A DNA stretch of 64,000 nt from an uncultured Flavobacteriaceae bacterium. GTDB lineage: Bacteria; Bacteroidota; Bacteroidia; Flavobacteriales; Flavobacteriaceae. This document shows, in pieces, positions 18,801 through 28,976 of this stretch. Each line of letters begins with the position of its first letter. Position 1 is the stretch's first letter. The notes beneath the pieces are model-generated. The model worked only from the letters and a program-made list of their open reading frames with translations. It was not told the origin of the DNA and made no database searches. The translations under genes and the position numbers were made by a program. The DNA is taken from NCBI GenBank assembly GCA_964639255.1, contig CAZXDP010000009.1, positions 788 to 64,787 on the forward strand, in the 5' to 3' direction.

Positions 18801-20009
18801 TCATGGACGAACTTCTTCGGAAACATCTGGCCGTTGTTTCTTCAGAAAATAGATGATAAAAAGGTACCGAACTGCCAATGCCACCAATAGCGGCAGCAAT
18901 GCGGGCGGAAATGATTGTACGCCCGTAATCCAATGGATGCAAAGCAGCAAGAGCAATAATACCAAGAAGATAATATAGCGCCGTACCCAACTCTTTGGAT
19001 AGGATTGAGAAATGGTGTACGTAAATAGCAACGAGAAGGGGAAAGCCCATAACAAGTTATAATTGTTGGCCGTAGATTGATGATCTGTGGCGAACCATAA
19101 CAGTGAGAGTACCACACCAATAAGGCCGGTCGTGAAGAAAATTAGGCTATCTAAAAGTCGCGTACGTCGCTCTTTTCTATAATCGCGATAGGTAATGCCC
19201 AGCAATACTGCGGCCAATAAACCAAACAATGCCAAGGGGCTTACCAAAAATTGTCCCCTAGCTGGTGGGGTTTCTGTTTCGTAAAGTGCCGAAGTAGTAG
19301 CCACCAAGGGTTGTGTTTCTCCATCTATGGCAATGGTGGCGGTAGCGGCGGCCTCAAACACATATTCCGGTAAGAACTGGTACTCCCAGGCAGATGCAGG
19401 CTGGTCTACCACGGCGCCAATGGCCACATCCATACCTAGACTGCCCCAAGTATTCCAATGCACATTTTTCTGTATTAGCTCACGGAAGGTATATGGTCTA
19501 TCCACAAATGCATCGTTGTACTGAAGCTTTTCGCCCAGGCTTCGCTTTAGGACATCGCGAATTTTCGTTGCGCAATTGTCATAAAAGAAATCGTATTGGT
19601 AGTATTGATTTTCGGGTTGGGTATTTTCAATGAGAAAATTGAATATGGCGAGTTTTTGCGAATAGGTTAGGTTGAGCACCTGCTCCTTCACCCAACGATC
19701 TTGCGCCACATAACTATTGAAGAAGGGCTCGTAAGGGCTCACCGCCAGCTTGTAGAGCAATTTTCCCTGGGCAAATTTTGAATAGAAATTGGGCGTATCG
19801 AAATCGTACACCCCATAGTTAAAAACAAGGTCCAATCCCGTTTTGGGATCTTCTATTCGGAAGGCACTGTGGCCAAATTTATCGTAAAGATACTTGCCGG
19901 GGCCGATGGTCAAGATGCTAATAGCGGCATCGTCTGAAAGGGTTAATGTTTGCGATTGGCTCGAGAAAGACAACAGCAGCATCAGTGCGAGATACAGGAT
20001 TTTTTTCAC
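18801..20009 (-). CDS. DUF4105 (Lnb N-terminal periplasmic domain) protein with C-terminal TM segments
   Basis: Signal peptide. ...ISILTIGPGKYLYDKFGHSAFRIEDP...VFNYGVYDF... matches my memory of the DUF4105 GH[ST]A[FL]R core. The C-terminal third is hydrophobic. Confidence 0.55.
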   Translation of the reverse strand: MKKILYLALMLLLSFSSQSQTLTLSDDAAISILTIGPGKYLYDKFGHSAFRIEDPKTGLDLVFNYGVYDFDTPNFYSKFAQGKLLYKLAVSPYEPFFNSYVAQDRWVKEQVLNLTYSQKLAIFNFLIENTQPENQYYQYDFFYDNCATKIRDVLKRSLGEKLQYNDAFVDRPYTFRELIQKNVHWNTWGSLGMDVAIGAVVDQPASAWEYQFLPEYVFEAAATATIAIDGETQPLVATTSALYETETPPARGQFLVSPLALFGLLAAVLLGITYRDYRKERRTRLLDSLIFFTTGLIGVVLSLLWFATDHQSTANNYNLLWAFPFSLLFTYTISQSYPKSWVRRYIIFLVLLLLLLCIHWITGVQSFPPALLPLLVALAVRYLFIIYFLKKQRPDVSEEVRP

Positions 20010-20077
20010 AGAAGAAAATTAGATAGCATTCGGTAAAATTACGCAAAATATGGAAGAAGGAAGAATACCTGAATTGC

Positions 20078-21163
20078 CTATCGGAAAATACTCCAATCCA
20101 ATTTTAGCGAGAAAACGTTCGAATACAGGGCGGCACTTTGGTCGCCAATGTCGGTAAGGGCATAGTCCACTTGAATGCCTTTGTACTTGAATCCTACACC
20201 TATATTTGGCTGAAAGGCTACGGAATCGTTCCCGTCCAGCTCGACAGTGTTTTGGAAATTTCCTACCCCTGCCCGTACGAACACCATATCGATATAGCCA
20301 AATTCGAGTCCGGCGGCAGGCGTCATACTGGTAAAGGAAGAAGAGAATACATCGTTGGTTTCCGCAAAGCGAAAATTAAGGTCCACTTCGGTAAGCAACG
20401 AGAAATCGTAATGGAAAACAAACTTTCTCGCCACACCAAACTGTAGTTTCGGAATGGTAATCTCGGTGGTTTCCGGCAATTCTTGATTTTGACCCTCCAC
20501 GGCGCCCTGTATGGTGGCAAATTCTTCCTCATCGATAGACCAGGCGTTGAAGGTCGTGGTAATATCGCGGGCCATCACTCCAAACTTCCAATTGCCTGTT
20601 TCAAATTGCAATCCGGCATCTAGACCAAAACCCCAGGAGGATGCGAAATCGCCGATAATACGACGTATTACCTTTGCATTTACACCTATGTTTAATCCAT
20701 CTAAAGGTAATTTGCGGGCGTAGGAAAAGGTAAAACCATAATCGGCGGTAGAAAAGAGGCTAATCCTATTGTAGTCAATATTCCCTTGCTCATCGATCAA
20801 TTGGGTGGTGTTCAAGATATCGTCTACCCCGAAGCGTATGGCCGAAAACGCGACCACACTGCGGTCGTCCAGCGGTTTGGCGAAGGCGGCATAATCGTAG
20901 TTGGCAATATTGGCAAAGTAACTGGCGTGCATCAAGGAAAGTTGGTTGTCTTCCAAATGCACGAGCCCTGCGGGATTCCAATAGCCTGCATTAACATCTT
21001 GGGTAGAGGCTACCACGGCGTTCGCCATGCCAAAAGCAGCCGCATCTACCCCAATATTCATAAATTCATTGGAGTACTTACGGACGCTTTGGGCGCTAAC
21101 CCCAATGGCAACCAATAAGAGGGCAATTACTAAATTCTTCTTCAAGCTTGAATTTTTTCGCAA
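20078..21163 (-). CDS. PorV/PorQ-family (PorV2-like) outer-membrane beta-barrel, T9SS-associated
   Basis: Signal peptide. ...KYSNEFMNIGVDAAAFGMANAVVASTQDVNAGYWNPAGL... is the characteristic N-terminal block of flavobacterial PorV/PorQ-family proteins. The C-terminus ends in ...LKLDWSIFR (aromatic-rich beta-signal). Confidence 0.55.
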   Translation of the reverse strand: MRKNSSLKKNLVIALLLVAIGVSAQSVRKYSNEFMNIGVDAAAFGMANAVVASTQDVNAGYWNPAGLVHLEDNQLSLMHASYFANIANYDYAAFAKPLDDRSVVAFSAIRFGVDDILNTTQLIDEQGNIDYNRISLFSTADYGFTFSYARKLPLDGLNIGVNAKVIRRIIGDFASSWGFGLDAGLQFETGNWKFGVMARDITTTFNAWSIDEEEFATIQGAVEGQNQELPETTEITIPKLQFGVARKFVFHYDFSLLTEVDLNFRFAETNDVFSSSFTSMTPAAGLEFGYIDMVFVRAGVGNFQNTVELDGNDSVAFQPNIGVGFKYKGIQVDYALTDIGDQSAALYSNVFSLKLDWSIFR

Positions 21164-21269
21164 ATATCTTACTATTTTACAGAATACTAAACTATAAATT
21201 TGGGCACATATTGTATAGGCTTGTGCTTAGACGTAAATACTTTGCTAATTTTACATAGTTACATCAATT

Positions 21270-22022
21270 ATGAAAAAACAGATACCAAACATCATTACCT
21301 CGCTCAATTTATTATGTGGCTGTGTTGCCATTCTTTTCGCCGTATCGGACGATTTAGTCACGGCGGCATTTTTCGTTTTTTTTGGCATCTTTTTCGATTT
21401 TTTCGACGGTCTGGCGGCTCGTGTGCTACGTGCCCAGAGCGAGGTGGGCCTACAAATGGATTCATTGGCCGATGTAATAACCAGCGGAGTGGCTCCGGCA
21501 GTTGTCATGGTGCAATTATTGAGCCAAGCATTGTCTGGCGAAGTCTATCATATTTCAGAAGCATTTCATCCCCAAGCCTGGAACACGGGTTTGACTAGCT
21601 ATCTTCCGCTATTCGGACTACTAATCGCCGTTGCCTCAGCCTACAGATTGGCGAAGTTCAATGTAGATACACGACAGACCGATAGTTTCATCGGGCTGCC
21701 CACACCGGCCAATGCCTTGCTAATATTGAGTTTGCCGCTCATTCTAGAATTTCAATATACCGAAGGAATAGAGCTCGTCATATTCTCCCCATGGTTATTG
21801 ATGTCGCTCACGGTAATTAGTTCCTTATTGCTGAACGCCGAACTGCCCTTGTTCGCCCTTAAATTTAAAACGTGGAACTTCCAGGGCAATGCGCTGCGTT
21901 ATGTGTTTTTGGCCCTATGCGCGATTGCCATCTTCTTGCTGAAATTTATCGCCATTCCCGTTATTATTCTATTGTATATCGCGCTTTCGCTCGGTTCGCT
22001 TTCGCGCAGGGCAAACCGGTAA
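21270..22022 (+). CDS. pssA: CDP-diacylglycerol--serine O-phosphatidyltransferase (CDP-alcohol phosphatidyltransferase family)
   Basis: Motif D-x2-DG-x2-AR-x8-G-x3-D-x3-D is seen as FFDFFDGLAARVLRAQSEVGLQMDSLADVITSG. It is a multi-TM protein of 250 aa. Confidence 0.8.
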   Translation: MKKQIPNIITSLNLLCGCVAILFAVSDDLVTAAFFVFFGIFFDFFDGLAARVLRAQSEVGLQMDSLADVITSGVAPAVVMVQLLSQALSGEVYHISEAFHPQAWNTGLTSYLPLFGLLIAVASAYRLAKFNVDTRQTDSFIGLPTPANALLILSLPLILEFQYTEGIELVIFSPWLLMSLTVISSLLLNAELPLFALKFKTWNFQGNALRYVFLALCAIAIFLLKFIAIPVIILLYIALSLGSLSRRANR

Positions 22023-22289
22023 TACATCCGTTCACTAGCTCATCTACGGCGGAACAGCTCATGGTGTGTCCTAAATAATGGGTAATAATCCATTTGAAAT
22101 TACCCTACGGAAGACCTTTCGTTATGGTTCCGTTAGGGCAGAATACTCGATGCGATGTAAGTGGTTGTGTCTTAAGCTATGCAATTATAAAAATCGCCGC
22201 GCACAAGGAGCTACACTAATATGCTGATTTGTAATCGATATGAAATCGCTAAACCAATCGTAGTCCCGACTATTGCATAAAAGGAACCC

Positions 22290-22312
22290 GAAACATCGTT
22301 TCAGTTTTTTTT
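22290..22312 (+). terminator. Weak intrinsic-terminator-like hairpin plus T8
   Basis: GAAAC-atc-GTTTC (22290-22302) is followed by T8 (22305-22312). The stem is only 5 bp. It abuts or overlaps the lptB stop on the other strand. Confidence 0.3.
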
Positions 22313-23051
22313 AGAAGAGTATCTTTTTCTTCCGAAGTTCGAAATTCTGCCCCAGATAGACTTTCCGTACCATTTCATCGGCGGCCAGTTCCTCGGGCGA
22401 CCCATGCTTTAGGATGCTGCCTTCAAACATCAAGTACGTTCGGTCGGTAATGGCCAGGGTTTCCTGTACATTATGGTCGGTTATCAAAATACCAATGTTC
22501 TTGTTTTTCAGCTGTGCCACGATACGCTGTATATCCTCTACGGCCACGGGATCAACGCCCGCAAAAGGTTCATCGAGGAGGATGAAATGCGGATCGGTGG
22601 CCAGGGCGCGGGCAATTTCGGTACGGCGGCGTTCGCCCCCACTCAACAGATCGCCCCGGTTGGTTCGAATGTGACCAAGACCAAACTCCTCGATAAGCGA
22701 TTCCATCTTGGACTCCTGTTCCTTTTTAGACAGTTTTGTTAACTGCAGAACGCTCAAAATGTTATCTTCTACGCTCAACTTCCGAAATACCGATGCCTCC
22801 TGAGCCAAATAGCCAATACCGTTCTGTGCCCGTTTGTACATGGGGTATTTGGTTATATCGGTACCGTCTAAGAAAATCGTGCCGCCGTTGGGCTTGATGA
22901 GCCCTACGATCATATAGAAAGAGGTAGTTTTTCCCGCCCCGTTAGGCCCTAGCAACCCTACAATTTCGCCTTGGTTCACTTCTACGGAAATACCCTTTAC
23001 GACCTTGCGGCCCTTGTATTGTTTAATAAGGTTTTCGGCTCTTAGCTTCAT
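22311..23051 (-). CDS. lptB: LPS export ABC transporter ATP-binding protein
   Basis: Walker [10 protein letters not shown], signature LSGGERRR and Walker [10 protein letters not shown]. The size (246 aa) and end ...[11 protein letters not shown] are typical of LptB. Confidence 0.88.
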   Translation of the reverse strand: MKLRAENLIKQYKGRKVVKGISVEVNQGEIVGLLGPNGAGKTTSFYMIVGLIKPNGGTIFLDGTDITKYPMYKRAQNGIGYLAQEASVFRKLSVEDNILSVLQLTKLSKKEQESKMESLIEEFGLGHIRTNRGDLLSGGERRRTEIARALATDPHFILLDEPFAGVDPVAVEDIQRIVAQLKNKNIGILITDHNVQETLAITDRTYLMFEGSILKHGSPEELAADEMVRKVYLGQNFELRKKKILF

Positions 23052-23109
23052 AGTAGGCGATTCTGGAATGCAAACGTTAAAAATACAGTTTAATTTTCCG
23101 AAGAAAAAA

Positions 23110-23463
23110 TCATTCCGATTTTTCCTCTAGCGCTTCCCAGAATTCGTAGGCCCTGCGAAGATGCGGAATGACGATGGTGCCTCCAATGAGAAGGGAGATG
23201 CTCAGTGCCTCTACCACTTCTTCTTTTGAAATGCCAAGCTTATAGCACGCCTCCAGGTGATAGCGTACGCAATCATCGCAGCGAAGCACCATACTATTGC
23301 CAAGGCCCAACAGTTCCTTGGTACGTTTGCTTAGGGCACCTTCGGCAAACGCGTTGGTGTCTAGGTTAAAAATGCGCTTGATGATTTTATTGTTATCCTC
23401 CATCAATTTTTCGTTCATTTTTGAACGGTACGCATTGAAATCGTCTACTAAATTCTGTGACAT
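23110..23463 (-). CDS. Carboxymuconolactone decarboxylase (AhpD-like) family protein
   Basis: 117 aa. ...[10 protein letters not shown]... CxxC-containing AhpD/CMD-type core. Confidence 0.7.
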   Translation of the reverse strand: MSQNLVDDFNAYRSKMNEKLMEDNNKIIKRIFNLDTNAFAEGALSKRTKELLGLGNSMVLRCDDCVRYHLEACYKLGISKEEVVEALSISLLIGGTIVIPHLRRAYEFWEALEEKSE

Positions 23464-23505
23464 AAAGGTAGTTGTATTTATTGTTCTATGTGATTTTTAC
23501 AGGCG

Positions 23506-24354
23506 TTATGGCTTGCCTCGCTGCGCCGCCCGTTCCTTTCGCTTTTGACCACGAATGACTGCTTTTGAAATGTATATGCTTATTTCATATAGGATTACTA
23601 CCGGAACAGCAACAATTACTTGGCTGGCAATATCTGGTGGTGTAATGATCGCTGAGATAATCAATACGATGACCAAGGCAAATTTTCGGTATTTCCGAAG
23701 GAATTCTGGCGTGACCAAGCCAATTTTCGTAAGGAAATAGATAATGATGGGCAGTTCAAAAATAAGTCCACTTGCCAACACCGAGGCACGAACTAGCGAG
23801 ATATAACTGCTTAAATCGAAATCGTTGAACACCTCTTCGCTTACGCGATAGCTTCCAAGGAAATTGATGGAAAGCGGGGTGATAACGTAGTACCCAAATA
23901 ACACGCCAACAAAGAACAAAAAGGAGGCGATTAGGATAAAGCCTCGGCTGGTTTTTCGTTCATTCTGCATGAGCCCCGGACTCACAAATTTCCAAAATTC
24001 ATAGAGTACGTAGGGGAAGGCAACTATGAGACCGGCCGTGATGGAGGTCCAAATATGGGCCGAAAACTGTCCAGACATCGTACGGCTTTGAATGCGGAAC
24101 GGCAGCTCATCGAAACAAAAGCTGTTCATCCCAATGGCATTGGCGGCCCTACATAGTAACCGATAGGTGGGAAAATCGGCCTTCTTGGGCCCAAAAAGAA
24201 GTACATCAAAAATAAAATCCTTAAAAATAAAGGCCACCAGTCCCATGACCACCACCGCTACCGTGGACCGGATGAGATGCCAGCGCAACTCCTCCAAATG
24301 ATCCAAAAAGGACATTTCCTTTTGTTCGTTCTTTTGCTGTAAGCGTTTGGCCAT
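23506..24354 (-). CDS. tatC: Twin-arginine translocase subunit TatC
   Basis: ...MSFLDHLEELRWHLIRS... is a canonical TatC N-terminus. Six TM segments, 282 aa. Confidence 0.9.
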   Translation of the reverse strand: MAKRLQQKNEQKEMSFLDHLEELRWHLIRSTVAVVVMGLVAFIFKDFIFDVLLFGPKKADFPTYRLLCRAANAIGMNSFCFDELPFRIQSRTMSGQFSAHIWTSITAGLIVAFPYVLYEFWKFVSPGLMQNERKTSRGFILIASFLFFVGVLFGYYVITPLSINFLGSYRVSEEVFNDFDLSSYISLVRASVLASGLIFELPIIIYFLTKIGLVTPEFLRKYRKFALVIVLIISAIITPPDIASQVIVAVPVVILYEISIYISKAVIRGQKRKERAAQRGKP

Positions 24355-24369
24355 AGTATAGGGGAGCGG

Positions 24370-25335
24370 TTATATAATACCTTCTTTGGTAAGGTTATGA
24401 ATATGAACCACGCCGCTGTATACGCCGTTTTCTTCGGCGAGCAATTGAGTGATACCATATTTGTCCATCAGTTCCATCGCCTCGACGGCCATTGCATCGT
24501 TGGCAATTTTTTTCGGATTTTGGGTCATGATGTCGCGCGCCGTAAGTCCGCTAAACGAATCGGTCTTGGTTAGCATTCTCCTCAGGTCCCCGTCGGTAAT
24601 AATTCCAACGATGGTGTCATTTTCAACAACCGCGGTCACGCCCAGCATTTTTTCAGAAATTTCTACAATCACCTTTTTCACATCGGTTTCTGGTGCTACT
24701 TGTGGCATGGCGTTCAGCGAGGTTAAATCGCTTACCCTTAGGTACAATTTTTTGCCGAGGGCGCCTCCAGGGTGAAATTTGGCAAAGTCTTTGCTTGAAA
24801 ATCCGCGCAGATCCAACAAGGCCATCGCCAGTGCATCGCCCATAACCAATTGAGCGGTCGTACTAGTTGTAGGAGCAAGGTTGTTGGGGCAAGCTTCTTT
24901 TTCGGCCAGCGCGTGCAAAACGAAATCTGCCTGTTGGCCCAAAAAGGAGTCGCGATTTGAGGTAATGCCAATGAGCTTGTTCCCGCTTCCTTTAATAAGG
25001 GGCACTAATACCTTAATTTCGGGGGTGTTGCCACTCTTTGAGATACAAATTACCGTATCGTTTTCAAGAATGGTTCCCAAGTCGCCGTGAATGGCATCGG
25101 CGGCGTGCATAAAGATGGAAGGGGTACCCGTACTGTTAAGGGTTGCCACTATTTTGGTGGCGATATTGGCGCTTTTGCCAATACCTGTAACAATGACCCT
25201 GCCTTCTGAGTGGTAGAGATACTCTACGGCTTGTGCGAACTCCTCGTCGAGGAGGTCGATGAGGTTGGTAATGGCTTGTGCCTCAATACGAATGGTTTTT
25301 TTGGCCACCGCCAATATTTGTTGGTATCTGTGCAA
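24370..25335 (-). CDS. kpsF: Arabinose-5-phosphate isomerase (KpsF/GutQ family; SIS + tandem CBS)
   Basis: SIS motif ...VIVTGIGKSANIATKIVATLNSTGTP..., plus C-terminal CBS pair ...LGVTAVVENDTIVGIITDGDLRR.... 321 aa. Confidence 0.9.
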   Translation of the reverse strand: MHRYQQILAVAKKTIRIEAQAITNLIDLLDEEFAQAVEYLYHSEGRVIVTGIGKSANIATKIVATLNSTGTPSIFMHAADAIHGDLGTILENDTVICISKSGNTPEIKVLVPLIKGSGNKLIGITSNRDSFLGQQADFVLHALAEKEACPNNLAPTTSTTAQLVMGDALAMALLDLRGFSSKDFAKFHPGGALGKKLYLRVSDLTSLNAMPQVAPETDVKKVIVEISEKMLGVTAVVENDTIVGIITDGDLRRMLTKTDSFSGLTARDIMTQNPKKIANDAMAVEAMELMDKYGITQLLAEENGVYSGVVHIHNLTKEGII

Positions 25336-25532
25336 AATTTACAGTTTTGAATGTTTGTAACTGTTTCAGAAATTAGTATATTTAAAATGCGGGTTGTTAT
25401 TGCGCTCGCCACACTAAATGATTGTCTAATAGATACAGCAGTACGTAAACGGTTGCAAAATTACAATTGTTATCTATCAAATCAACCAGATTTGAACCAA
25501 ATAATAAGAATCTTTAAAATTAGAACTATCAC

Positions 25533-27725
25533 GTGACCGATAATGAATTATACGGGGCACTAAAGGAATATTTTGGATTTAGCCAGTTCAAGGGGCTCCA
25601 AGAGGAGGTCGTGAAAAGCGTCCTTGCCGAGGAAAACACCTTTGTCATCATGCCTACTGGAGGCGGCAAATCCCTTTGCTATCAACTCCCCGCCCTTATC
25701 AAGGAAGGCACTGCCATTGTAGTGTCGCCCCTCATTGCATTAATGAAGAACCAGGTAGATGCCCTACGGGCCCTTTCGGCCGACGAGGGGATTGCCCATG
25801 TGCTCAATTCTTCCCTGAACAAAGGCGAAGTGAAACGTGTAAAGAGCGATATTACAAATGGTATTACAAAATTGCTCTATGTAGCACCCGAGTCGCTTAC
25901 CAAGGAAGAGTACGTAGAATTTCTGCAAAAACAAAAAATTTCTTTTGTGGCCATAGACGAGGCCCATTGCATTAGCGAGTGGGGCCACGATTTTAGGCCG
26001 GAATACCGCAACCTTCGCAGTATCATAAAGCGCATAGGCGATAATATCTCTATTATTGGACTTACTGCCACAGCAACCCCGAAGGTTCAGGAAGATATCC
26101 TAAAAAATCTCGGTATACAGGAAGCCAACACATTTAAAGCCTCCTTCAACCGTCCCAATCTGTACTACGAAATACGGCCTAAAACCAAGAATGTAGATGC
26201 CGATATCATTCGCTTCGTTAAAAAGAACGAGGGTAAGAGCGGCATCATTTACTGCCTTAGCCGAAAGCGGGTGGAAGAATTGGCGCAAACCCTTCAGGTA
26301 AACGGAATAAAAGCCGTTCCGTACCACGCGGGCCTCGATGCCAAAACACGTGTAAAGCACCAGGATATGTTCTTGATGGAAGATGCGGATGTGGTGGTCG
26401 CGACGATCGCTTTCGGTATGGGAATCGATAAGCCCGATGTTCGGTTTGTGATACATAATGATATGCCCAAGAGCATAGAGAGCTATTACCAAGAAACCGG
26501 TCGTGCGGGTCGTGATGGAGGTGAGGGGCACTGTCTTGCTTTTTATAGTTATAAGGACATCGAGAAATTGGAAAAATTCATGAGTGGCAAGCCCGTCGCC
26601 GAACAGGAAATTGGCCATGCCCTGTTGCAGGAAGTGGTAGCCTTTGCCGAAACCTCCATTTCCCGGCGCAAGTTCATTCTACATTATTTTGGCGAGGAAT
26701 TCGATACCGAGACCGGCGAGGGAGGTCAAATGGACGATAACATGCGCTATCCCAAGAAAAAGCACGAAGCCACTGGCGATGCCGTGAAGCTGTTAAGCGT
26801 TATAGAAAAGACCAATCAACAATACAAGGCCAAAGATGTTGTGAACGTTATGGTTGGTAAGCTCAACGCCATGATTAAATCGCACCGTACCGATTCCTCG
26901 CCCGTTTTCGGTAGCGGTACCGAACACGATAACAGCTATTGGATGGCGCTGCTGCGGCAATTGCTCGTGGCGGGATACATTCGGAAGGATATAGAAACCT
27001 ACGGCATCATCAAGCTTACAAAAAAGGGAAAGGCGTTTATTGAATCGCCCGAGCCGTTTATGATGACCGAGGACCATTCTTTTAAGGAAGCGAACGATGA
27101 GGGTATTGTAAGTGCCAAGAAAAGCGGTCACGTGGCCGACGATAACCTCTTTAAGCTTTTGAAGGCCGAACGCAAAAAAGTGGCGACGCAAAAGGATTTG
27201 CCTCCCTTTGTAATCTTTCAGGATCCATCGCTAGAGGATATGGCGCTCAAATACCCTGTCTCGATGGAGGAGCTAGCCAATGTTCACGGCGTGGGTGAGG
27301 GAAAGGCCAAAAAATATGGAAAGCCTTTCTTGGAGCTCATCCAGCGCTATGTCGAAGAACATGATATCGTTCGTCCTGAGGATTTTGTAGTAAAGTCTAC
27401 CGGCACCAACAGTGCCCTTAAGCTTTATATTATTCAAAACATAGATAGGAAACTGCCCCTAGATGATATCGCCAACGCCAAGGGTCTCGATATGGATGCG
27501 TTTATTAAGGAAATGGAAGCCATAGTATACAGCGGCACCAAGTTGAATATAGATTACTGGGTGGACGAGATATTGGATGAGGACCAACAGGAAGAAATCC
27601 ACGATTATTTTCTGGAGGCCGAAACCGACAAAATCGAGGTGGCCATGGAAGAATTTGAAGGCGATTATGATATTGAGGAGTTGCGATTGTACCGCATCAA
27701 ATTTATCAGTGAAGTTGGAAATTAA
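25533..27725 (+). CDS. recQ: ATP-dependent DNA helicase RecQ
   Basis: ...FGFSQFKGLQEEV...MPTGGGKSLCYQLPAL...DEAHCISEWGHDFRPEY..., followed by RQC and HRDC regions. 730 aa, GTG start. Confidence 0.95.
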   Translation: MTDNELYGALKEYFGFSQFKGLQEEVVKSVLAEENTFVIMPTGGGKSLCYQLPALIKEGTAIVVSPLIALMKNQVDALRALSADEGIAHVLNSSLNKGEVKRVKSDITNGITKLLYVAPESLTKEEYVEFLQKQKISFVAIDEAHCISEWGHDFRPEYRNLRSIIKRIGDNISIIGLTATATPKVQEDILKNLGIQEANTFKASFNRPNLYYEIRPKTKNVDADIIRFVKKNEGKSGIIYCLSRKRVEELAQTLQVNGIKAVPYHAGLDAKTRVKHQDMFLMEDADVVVATIAFGMGIDKPDVRFVIHNDMPKSIESYYQETGRAGRDGGEGHCLAFYSYKDIEKLEKFMSGKPVAEQEIGHALLQEVVAFAETSISRRKFILHYFGEEFDTETGEGGQMDDNMRYPKKKHEATGDAVKLLSVIEKTNQQYKAKDVVNVMVGKLNAMIKSHRTDSSPVFGSGTEHDNSYWMALLRQLLVAGYIRKDIETYGIIKLTKKGKAFIESPEPFMMTEDHSFKEANDEGIVSAKKSGHVADDNLFKLLKAERKKVATQKDLPPFVIFQDPSLEDMALKYPVSMEELANVHGVGEGKAKKYGKPFLELIQRYVEEHDIVRPEDFVVKSTGTNSALKLYIIQNIDRKLPLDDIANAKGLDMDAFIKEMEAIVYSGTKLNIDYWVDEILDEDQQEEIHDYFLEAETDKIEVAMEEFEGDYDIEELRLYRIKFISEVGN

Positions 27726-27744
27726 AAGCAATAATTATATATAG

Positions 27745-27770
27745 AAAAAGGGGCCTCGTGGCCCCTTTTT
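27745..27770. terminator. Bidirectional intrinsic terminator between convergent recQ and lysA
   Basis: A5-GGGGCC-tcgt-GGCCCC-T5 (stem 27750-27755 / 27760-27765). Confidence 0.7.
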
Positions 27771-28976
27771 CTATAATTGGATGATATGCTGGTTGCGCAC
27801 CAAATCATCAAACGTTTCCCGAGAGCGAATTACATGTGCCTTGCCTTGGTGCCAAAATACCTCTGCCGGGCGGTAACGTGAATTGTAGTTGCTCGCCATG
27901 GTAAAGCAATAGGCACCGGCATTGCCAAAAGCTAAAATATCTCCCTCGCGTATTTCGGCTATTCGGCGGTTGTTGGCAAACGTATCGGTTTCGCAAATGT
28001 ACCCTACCACACTATAAAACCGTTCTCTGCCGGTAGGGTTCGAAATGTTTCGAATAGGATGTTGAGCCCCGTAGAGCATAGGTCGTATTAAATGGTTGAA
28101 ACCGCTATCTACCTGGGCAAATACGGTAGAGGTGGTTTGCTTTACCACATTTACCTGGACCAGGAAAGTGCCAGCCTCGCTCACCAAAAATTTGCCCGGT
28201 TCAAAAGCGAGTCTCAAGGGCTTACCATATTCTTTGCAAAACGAGTTGAAGCGCTGGCTCAGTTTTTCGCCCAGTTCTTCTACATTGGTCTGTATATCAT
28301 TTTCGGAATAAGGTACCTTAAAACCGCTTCCAAAGTCTATAAATTCGAGATTTTTGAAATGCGTTGCCGCCTCGAATAAAATTTCCGAGGCATAGAGAAA
28401 TACATCGATATCCAATATATCGCTACCGGTATGCATATGAATGCCGTTTATGGTCATCCCAGTATTTTTTACGATGCGCTCTACGTGCGGAAGCTGATGG
28501 ACAGAGATTCCAAATTTACTGTCGATATGCCCTACGGAAATGTTCGTGTTTCCCCCTGCCATCACATGAGGGTTAATACGTATGCAAACTGGGGTATTTG
28601 GATGGCGCGTCCCAAACTGCTCTAGGATAGACAGGTTGTCTATGTTTATTTGTACACCCAATCCCGCAGCCCGCTCGATTTCCTCGAGCGATACGCCGTT
28701 TGGCGTGTAAATGATGTCGCCGGGAGCTACACCGGCCTCAAGCCCTAATCGCACTTCTTGTATGGAGACCGTATCGAGTCCGCAGCCCAGGGAGGCGAGG
28801 TACTTTAATACCGAAATATTGGATAGCGCCTTTACCGCATAATGGAACTTCACATCCTTGACCTTCTTGAATGCCGTTGTCAATCGTTTGAATTGCGCTT
28901 CCATTTTGGAGGCATCATATACGTAAACTGGGCTTTCAAATTCGCGGACAACCGCTAATAGATCTTGATGTGTCAT
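27771..28976 (-). CDS. lysA: Diaminopimelate decarboxylase (PLP-dependent, group IV decarboxylase fold)
   Basis: PLP-lysine context ...FHYAVKALSN..., ...IDFGSGFKVPY..., ...VGYICETDTF.... 401 aa. Confidence 0.78.
   Translation of the reverse strand: MTHQDLLAVVREFESPVYVYDASKMEAQFKRLTTAFKKVKDVKFHYAVKALSNISVLKYLASLGCGLDTVSIQEVRLGLEAGVAPGDIIYTPNGVSLEEIERAAGLGVQINIDNLSILEQFGTRHPNTPVCIRINPHVMAGGNTNISVGHIDSKFGISVHQLPHVERIVKNTGMTINGIHMHTGSDILDIDVFLYASEILFEAATHFKNLEFIDFGSGFKVPYSENDIQTNVEELGEKLSQRFNSFCKEYGKPLRLAFEPGKFLVSEAGTFLVQVNVVKQTTSTVFAQVDSGFNHLIRPMLYGAQHPIRNISNPTGRERFYSVVGYICETDTFANNRRIAEIREGDILAFGNAGAYCFTMASNYNSRYRPAEVFWHQGKAHVIRSRETFDDLVRNQHIIQL

Noticed and set aside
21200-21598. 132-aa ORF overlapping the start of pssA in another frame
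   Set aside because: The pssA frame carries the complete CDP-alcohol phosphatidyltransferase motif. The alternative frame is Arg/Phe/Ser-rich noise starting with TTG.
22662-22670. GGTTCGAAT, resembling a tRNA T-arm
   Set aside because: It is inside the lptB coding sequence with no surrounding cloverleaf potential. I found no tRNA-like structure in any intergenic region.
26100-26618. 172-aa ORF antisense to recQ
   Set aside because: It is a shadow ORF inside the conserved helicase core.
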